In this document: piece after piece, positions 58,806 through 64,000 of the stretch | Layout: every line of letters starts with the position of its first letter | Numbering within the stretch: position 1 is the first letter of the stretch | IMG/VR virus record: IMGVR_UViG_3300036760_000522 | Location: 62,001 to 126,000 of that record | Length of the DNA stretch: 64,000 bases | Strand: one strand, 5' to 3' | Program-made: the position numbers and the translations under genes | The notes under the pieces: model-generated | What the model was told of the DNA's origin: nothing | What the model saw: the letters and a program-made list of their open reading frames with translations, nothing else | Databases searched by the model: none

Positions 58806-59057
58806 AGTGGTGTGTTTGGCGTCCAATGGCCTCTAGGAGGCGTAGAGATCCCAATTTTTCTGCACCGCTTTTTGACAGCTGAAGAAGAAACTCCGAACTC
58901 CTTGGTTGGACACGCAGCATGTGGCCGAACAAGCCAGGAGTAATGTCGCGAGCATCACATTCTATGACAAGGCACTACTCGACACGGAGCACAAGGATAT
59001 CTACTTGCAAGCTCTCGGGGACTTCTATCACCCCGAGACGCCCGCCCTGTGAGACAG

Positions 59058-59130
59058 TAGTGCTCCAGAGACTCGAACTCTGCACGATCCGCTTATCAGA
59101 CGAACCAGGTCAACCCGACCGTCGAGCACC
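59058..59130 (-). tRNA. tRNA-Ile(GAT), atypical D arm
   Basis: Loop CTGATAA; T arm CAGAG-TTCGAGT-CTCTG. Confidence 0.75.
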
Positions 59131-59175
59131 AAAACTCAATTCATGCTAAAATCACGAAATGGTCACACTTACAAG

Positions 59176-59248
59176 CAGGGGTGAACGGAATCGAACCGTC
59201 TCGACAAGGGTTTTGGAGGCCCTCCGGCTTACCCACAGCCACACCCCT
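59176..59248 (-). tRNA. tRNA-Trp(CCA)
   Basis: Loop CTCCAAA; acceptor AGGGGTG/CACCCCT. Confidence 0.85.
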
Positions 59249-59419
59249 AGACCGTCAATTTACATCTTTGTTGCTCTTCTCGTTGCAGCCAACGCAGCCA
59301 TTTTTTGGTACGGGTGGCGCCAGTATCAAAAGCAAGAGGAAGGTGTCGTCATCCAATGCACTGTGCGAGCGGCACAATTCCACTATCGTTTGTCCGACGT
59401 CTGTACGGGCCCGTACAGC

Positions 59420-59857
59420 TCAGATAGAACCTGTGCCGAGAAGTTGGATCTTTGTCAGCAGCAGTAACAAGTACTTGATCGCCAGCCCATTGCACAAAAT
59501 GTGCATGAGGTTGTCAGTGATGATGAGCAACCAAGTGCTCAACCAAGGTGGGAGATTGGCGGGATAACCTGTACCCGAGCAATCCTTCCAAGAAGGATTG
59601 CTACCTGGAGGCGCCAAAAAGTTCTTGAACCAACAAACGTGCCGGGCGAGTCGCCAACGATCAATCACGAAATGTGTACCGGCAATCGTGAGGAGCACTT
59701 CGACGCTCTGACTCAACACTAAAAACGGCAACGTGTACAGCGCGACATGCGCGAGTGCGGCTCGGGTCTTAGTGACTTTTTCCGTTGCCATCCACTGGCT
59801 TTGGAGGACGTAGTCACCGATCACGTGCAGCACAAGTTGGTCGGCAGTTACAAGCAT
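59420..59857 (-). CDS. DUF3307-like membrane protein
   Basis: HVIGDYVLQSQWMA...H...HFVIDRW...DNLMH. Confidence 0.8.
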   Translation of the reverse strand: MLVTADQLVLHVIGDYVLQSQWMATEKVTKTRAALAHVALYTLPFLVLSQSVEVLLTIAGTHFVIDRWRLARHVCWFKNFLAPPGSNPSWKDCSGTGYPANLPPWLSTWLLIITDNLMHILCNGLAIKYLLLLLTKIQLLGTGSI

Positions 59858-59941
59858 GATTAGACAACACCGAAAGGAGAGGCCTCCCCTCAAGGCCCTT
59901 TACTCAGAAAATCATCAACACCATAGGTACCTCCTTTCGAT

Positions 59942-60015
59942 TGGCGCTGCGTACGGGAATCGAACCCGTTTCGCCTCTTAGACAGAGAGGTCGCGATCCA
60001 ATCGCGTCACGCAGC
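59942..60015 (-). tRNA. tRNA-Asp(GTC)
   Basis: Loop CTGTCTA (U37), GCCA end. Confidence 0.88.
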
Positions 60016-60049
60016 ATTTGAAACACGGTGTTACACCTGACGATATCGC

Positions 60050-60646
60050 ATGATCGGACTCACCAGGCGACAAGAAATGGTCCTGAACGTCGTTCGGGAT
60101 CGTATCAGGAAATTCGGTTACCCGCCTTCCCTGCGAGAACTTTGTGTCGCTTTAGATTTACACTCCACGCACGGCATCAGTCAACACCTGGACGCACTCG
60201 AACGCAAAGGCCACATCCAGCGTACACGTCAAGGCGCGAGTCGCGGGATCAAGCTCATTGAAAGCACCACAGTGTCAGAAACTCAAACGGTCAAAGTTTA
60301 TTCGCGAACTTTCGAAGAAGGGAACGTTGTCGACACCATCCAAGTCGGTTCCTCAATGATCAACAAGCCTGTCGTCGGGTTCCTGATGCGCGGAGACGCA
60401 CTCGAAAGATCAGGGATTCTAGATGGAGACTATTTGCTCGTTCAACGCGGTGCCTTCATTACTTCTGGGAGCTTGGTTTGCTTGCACGTTGGCGATGAGG
60501 TCTGCGCCAGGTACTACCACAAGGAGAGCGACTACGTGCGATTCGATGCCGCTCACCCAGAAAAGTCCTCCATACTTGTCCGGAACGCAGACTTCAAGGC
60601 GTCGATGCTTGAGGGCCTCGTCCATAGTGTTTATCGGAAGTGCTAG
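60050..60646 (+). CDS. lexA: LexA-like repressor lacking autoproteolysis residues
   Basis: LTRRQ...GYPPSLREL...HLDALERKG winged HTH; S24-like domain with GDAL instead of GDSM. Confidence 0.85.
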   Translation: MIGLTRRQEMVLNVVRDRIRKFGYPPSLRELCVALDLHSTHGISQHLDALERKGHIQRTRQGASRGIKLIESTTVSETQTVKVYSRTFEEGNVVDTIQVGSSMINKPVVGFLMRGDALERSGILDGDYLLVQRGAFITSGSLVCLHVGDEVCARYYHKESDYVRFDAAHPEKSSILVRNADFKASMLEGLVHSVYRKC

Positions 60647-60648
60647 GT

Positions 60649-60939
60649 ATGGAAGCTAAACGAGTCGTAGCCCGGTTCCGTTCCTTGAAGGAAGCAGCGA
60701 AGCCGTCGACCGAAGCTGTCTCGGAGATTCAAGCAGCGATCGAAGCTCTCAAGAGGATCGCTAAAGGTAGCGGCAACCCGAAGCGTCTCTTGTTTTCAGC
60801 AGTTTGGAGTCTTGGAGCCGCTGCGGAGAAGATGGGGCAAGAAACGAGGGTATCCTCAGCGCTCTATCACGCTGCTGGCATCGTTAACCAGACTTGGTCG
60901 GTCCAAGACACCCGCGACTACTTCTCGAAAGGCGCCTAA
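60649..60939 (+). CDS. Small protein with N-terminal AKRVVARF motif
   Basis: ATG at 60649; TTTAT 14 nt upstream. Confidence 0.6.
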   Translation: MEAKRVVARFRSLKEAAKPSTEAVSEIQAAIEALKRIAKGSGNPKRLLFSAVWSLGAAAEKMGQETRVSSALYHAAGIVNQTWSVQDTRDYFSKGA

Positions 60940-60978
60940 GCTACCCGGTCCACGCTAAACCCGGGTTGGTGGGAGAAA

Positions 60979-61341
60979 TTGAGACACGACAACATTTTCG
61001 AACTCCTGGAAGCTGTGCGCCAACACAAGCTCGAAACCAGAGAGTGCTTCCTGCCCATCAACTCCGTCAAGGACCGTGACGTCGGCTTCACCACTGCTGA
61101 CGGGGACGGGCCTGCCGTGACTTGGACGATGCCGACCAAGTTGGCGAAAGAGAGTGCCATCGAACGCGGAACACCAGAGGCGCGGAGAATCAAAGATCTT
61201 CTCGGCAACCACATGGGGAGAATTCAACTCCTCACGGAGCTGAGAGCCGGAACCTTGGACTATGGGATCCCAAACACTCAGCCTGTGATTGTTGTCGAGG
61301 AGTCGGAAGAGGAAGCTTTCCTGATGGGGATCGTCGACTAG
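60979..61341 (+). CDS. Hypothetical protein
   Basis: GGGAG RBS and TTG start; hairpin at 61351-61366 downstream. Confidence 0.5.
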   Translation: MRHDNIFELLEAVRQHKLETRECFLPINSVKDRDVGFTTADGDGPAVTWTMPTKLAKESAIERGTPEARRIKDLLGNHMGRIQLLTELRAGTLDYGIPNTQPVIVVEESEEEAFLMGIVD

Positions 61342-61394
61342 GGTCAATTAGCCCTAACGGTAGGGCAACCTGGTAGCCTCTCAACGTCTGACGG

Positions 61395-62651
61395 TTAAAA
61401 AACTGTCGATGCCCAAATAGCAAAGGGAACGTCTGCGAGCAAGAAGCGATGTGGATTGAAGAAGCGATCGCTCTCGCCGAAGTCCTCGTTCACGAACACG
61501 TCGTAGTCCGCGTTTTCGTAAGCGGCTTCCGTGAACTCAAGCTCAGCACCGAACCCGCCATGCGCACCAAGCGCCAAGACTTTGCCCTCGAAGGCCGCTA
61601 GGTTGTCCGTGTACGTCGTATCGCCTGCCAGGCCGCACGTAATGTCCCTGATTGTGGTCAGGCTGGCGTAGGAGTCGACGATGCCACCAATCTTGAGGTA
61701 ACGAGGTTCTGAGGCGAAGTCGACACCGGTTGAGTCTCCTGCGAGGAAGTGGAAGCTTGGCGTCGGCCAGTTGGGATTGTCGAGATGTTGTGTGCTGACC
61801 ACGTAGAAGACCTGGTCATTCGTCGCGTTCACGATCCCAAGCTCAGCAAGCTTGGCCGCCAAGAACTCAAGCCCTGGGATCCCCGGCACTGGCGAGATCC
61901 CTGTTGGGTCAGCTTGCTTCAGTTGAAACAGCAACGCGAAGATTTGCGGAGTTGGGTCGAAGTAGATCCCGAGAGAGGTGACGAACTGTAGGAGCCCACA
62001 GTTGGGTGCCGAGAACGCCTGCTGTGTTGCGTCGGCGACCATCGAACCCTCCCAAAGGAACAAGCCCGCATAGTGGTCAGGGAACGCGTTGACGGTCGCT
62101 TGTGCGAACATGGCGCCACCGACGTAGCCTCCAATCACGACCTTCTGGCTGGGGTTGTAGGCGGCAAGGACAAGGCCCCTCACGAACTCAGCGTCGTCGA
62201 TCCTGGTCTGAACGGTCCAACTGCCCATCGCGAGACATCCGGTTGACTCACACGTCCCTGGGGCTTGCTTCGACAGCCTGTCGTCGATCACCCAGACATC
62301 GAACCCTAGCGTTGCGAGGGAGCCCAGAAAGGACTTCCGGTAGTTGGTCGTCTCTGTGAGCTCGTACCATCGGACGTCGTATCCAAATGGTCCGTGAAGA
62401 ATGACCGGCTTGTGTGAGTACGAAGACTTGACGCGAGTCACCCCAAACACGTTCAGAGGATCTGTCCCCTGCTGGACGGTGTGCTTGGTTCGTGTGAGAC
62501 CCGTCGCAGGGTTGTCGATCACCGTGGCAGTGACAGAGTAGTCGCTGAGTGCTTGTGTGACCACCTCGACATCTTGTGAGGCTTGTTGATCAGGTGCGCC
62601 TGAGCACGCAAAAAGTAGGGCAACGGCGAGTGTGATTTGGATGGTTTTCAT
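61395..62651 (-). CDS. Alpha/beta-hydrolase-fold lipoprotein, probably inactive
   Basis: Lipobox-like LFAC, VILHG, GFDVWVIDDR; elbow GYVGG lacks Ser. Confidence 0.7.
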   Translation of the reverse strand: MKTIQITLAVALLFACSGAPDQQASQDVEVVTQALSDYSVTATVIDNPATGLTRTKHTVQQGTDPLNVFGVTRVKSSYSHKPVILHGPFGYDVRWYELTETTNYRKSFLGSLATLGFDVWVIDDRLSKQAPGTCESTGCLAMGSWTVQTRIDDAEFVRGLVLAAYNPSQKVVIGGYVGGAMFAQATVNAFPDHYAGLFLWEGSMVADATQQAFSAPNCGLLQFVTSLGIYFDPTPQIFALLFQLKQADPTGISPVPGIPGLEFLAAKLAELGIVNATNDQVFYVVSTQHLDNPNWPTPSFHFLAGDSTGVDFASEPRYLKIGGIVDSYASLTTIRDITCGLAGDTTYTDNLAAFEGKVLALGAHGGFGAELEFTEAAYENADYDVFVNEDFGESDRFFNPHRFLLADVPFAIWASTVF

Positions 62652-62697
62652 GATGTGGGGAAACCTACGATCCAAAATACGATCAAGTCAATATTTA

Positions 62698-62773
62698 TGG
62701 AGCGGGTGACCGGAATCGAACCGGCCGACATTTGCTTGGAAGGCAACGACCTCGCCATTGAGGTGACACCCGC
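62698..62773 (-). tRNA. tRNA-Gly(TCC)
   Basis: Loop CTTCCAA, U73, CCA. Confidence 0.9.
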
Positions 62774-62781
62774 GAGAATAG

Positions 62782-62853
62782 CTGTAGGGGAGGGATTCGA
62801 ACCCCCGATCTGTCGGTTAACAGCCGACCGCTTTACCGCTTAGCCACCCTACA
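62782..62853 (-). tRNA. tRNA-Asn(GTT)
   Basis: Loop CTGTTAA, G73. Confidence 0.9.
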
Positions 62854-62854
62854 A

Positions 62855-62921
62855 TGGCGTCCCATGACGGATTCGAACCGTCGCTACCTGCGTGAGAAGC
62901 AAACGTCCTGAGCCACTAGAC
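62855..62921 (-). pseudogene. tRNA-Glu(CTC), positions 1-9 missing
   Basis: Begins at D-stem GTC immediately after repeat copy A; loop TTCTCAC; CCA present. Confidence 0.75.
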
Positions 62922-62951
62922 CCTTCAATTCCCAATCGATCTGATCCCTAC
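62922..62951 (-). repeat. Dispersed CRISPR-repeat-like unit, copy A
   Basis: GTAGGGATCAGATCGATTGGGAATTGAAGG, with an AT-rich upstream flank similar to copy B. Confidence 0.7.
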
Positions 62952-63093
62952 TTACGCGGATCACAAAACAAAGAAACAAGTTTGTGGGCAGATCGGTACC
63001 TTGGTGGGCACCGATCTGCCACACGAGTGAAAAACACGAATTGTCAAAAAGCAAGGTCCTCGAAAGGACTTTTGAAGAGACCTGAAGTCTCAG

Positions 63094-63165
63094 TTCCAGG
63101 AGCTGGAATCGAACCAGCGTTCCGTCGTTCAGAGCGACGTGGCCTACCAATTAGCCGATCCTGGA
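63094..63165 (-). tRNA. tRNA-Gln(CTG)
   Basis: Loop CTCTGAA; full cloverleaf. Confidence 0.9.
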
Positions 63166-63181
63166 ATACGAACTTCTTCTG

Positions 63182-63254
63182 TGGGCTGCCCGAGAATCGA
63201 ACTCGGAACTTTCAGGTTAAGAACCTGCTACTCTACCTGTTGAGTTAGCAACCC
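63182..63254 (-). tRNA. tRNA-Lys(CTT)
   Basis: Loop TTCTTAA. Confidence 0.9.
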
Positions 63255-63260
63255 ATCAAG

Positions 63261-63333
63261 TGGAGGTGACAGGGATCGAACCTGCAATCTACGTGTTAAA
63301 AGCACGTTGCATTACCAATTTAGCTACACCTCC
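63261..63333 (-). tRNA. tRNA-Lys(TTT)
   Basis: Loop CTTTTAA. Confidence 0.88.
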
Positions 63334-63398
63334 ATTCGTTGTGTGCCCGCCTTCACGGGCTTGTGTTTCACTGTTTTCATGATCGTGTCTTTCTTTTG

Positions 63399-63481
63399 TG
63401 GGTCCGTGAAGAGTTGAACTTCTTAGCCAATGGCCCCACGTTTACAGCGTGAGTCGCGTTCCGACGACGAACCCCGGACCC
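63399..63481 (-). tRNA. tRNA-Tyr(GTA), atypical D region
   Basis: Loop CTGTAAA, variable arm, acceptor GGGTCCG/CGGACCC. Confidence 0.75.
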
Positions 63482-63490
63482 AGAAATGTC

Positions 63491-63520
63491 AAAAGCCGCC
63501 TCGGATTTCCCGGGCGGCTT
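63491..63520 (-). terminator. Intrinsic terminator-like hairpin directly upstream of the tRNA array
   Basis: AAGCCGCC-CGGGAAATCCGA-GGCGGCTTTT on the minus strand. Confidence 0.75.
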
Positions 63521-63548
63521 CAAAGAACAAAGTTTGGTGAGTTCTTTC

Positions 63549-63791
63549 TCAGCCGCCTCGACAATACGTCTCCGAATTCATATACCGCTTCGCTGCTTCT
63601 CGTAGGCGTTGACTTGGCTGCGGGGGATTTTCGATGAGTCCCATTACTGTCGTAAACGCCTCAGCAGACAACGTGATGACAGTGTCGCTATCCAAACCAC
63701 GCGGGACATCTGACGCTCGGAGATCCGTGAGCGGTTTCCTGGGACCGTCAAGGTAGGTCACCGCTGGTGTGGGCCACAATTCACGAGGCAT
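63549..63791 (-). CDS. DUF1778 (TacA/AtaR-type antitoxin) C-terminal-like protein
   Basis: ITLSAEAF...LIENPPQPSQRLREAAKRY; no recognisable N-terminal RHH. Confidence 0.65.
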   Translation of the reverse strand: MPRELWPTPAVTYLDGPRKPLTDLRASDVPRGLDSDTVITLSAEAFTTVMGLIENPPQPSQRLREAAKRYMNSETYCRGG

Positions 63792-64000
63792 GACGGATCG
63801 AACCTGACAGGAACTAACTAGCCCGTCAAGTGAAATCGTTCATCGGCACAGCTCCCCGAAATGATAGACTCTTATGTGATCGATCCCGGCACGCTCCTCA
63901 AGGAGTAAGGGTCTGTTTATGGAGTCCACGCTTGTCGGTCCGTAGACGACAAGCGTGTTGGCGTTTTCCGGCCAGTGCGCCAAGACTTCCCGTTTTGACA

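Noticed and set aside
59159-59467. Intact membrane protein gene
   Set aside because: Its start lies across tRNA-Trp. Only the part after about 59250 looks protein-like, so it is probably a fragment.
1592-62951. A true CRISPR array
   Set aside because: No unit is followed by a second repeat at spacer distance and no cas gene is visible. Reported only as solitary repeat-like units.
57515-63637. ORF calls overlapping tRNAs (e.g. 57515-57760, 58708-58932, 62637-62843, 62884-63248)
   Set aside because: They are explained by tRNA sequence and have no protein motifs.
1-64000. Stop-codon recoding
   Set aside because: Long genes tile densely in the standard code, all three stops end genes, and no suppressor tRNA was found.

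Overview
This 64 kb window looks like part of a large, jumbo-like myovirus genome in the standard genetic code. Positions 1-46.2 kb on the + strand carry neck and tail genes: an intein-split neck-type protein, a 1421-aa tail sheath, tail tube, chaperones, tape measure, a lysozyme-fused baseplate protein, hub, spike and large baseplate proteins. A second baseplate block (gp25-like, J-like, I-like) points the opposite way at 47.8-54.5 kb. An 11 kb block between sheath and tube holds GroES, a J-domain-like protein, an intein-bearing UvrD helicase and several small proteins. Positions 54.5-64 kb are accessory: 18 minus-strand tRNA loci (3 damaged), HNH nucleases, a zinc metallopeptidase, a receiver protein, LexA, a lipoprotein pseudo-hydrolase and a DUF1778-like protein. 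GroES, LexA and lipoprotein features suggest a Myxococcota host (inference from recalled families, not searched). Best candidates for new biology: (1) three dispersed ~31-nt CRISPR-repeat-like units ending GGGAATTGAAGG, two abutting broken tRNA genes and one in-frame inside a CDS; (2) a shared [ST]xxR[IV][VA]xR[FY] peptide on unrelated proteins, often with an upstream TTTAT motif, suggesting a capsid cargo-targeting system; (3) a non-cleavable LexA; (4) an actin-like ATPase inside the neck/tail operon; (5) an orphan antitoxin-like protein at the head of the tRNA array. All calls come from reading the sequence by eye; no database searches were run.
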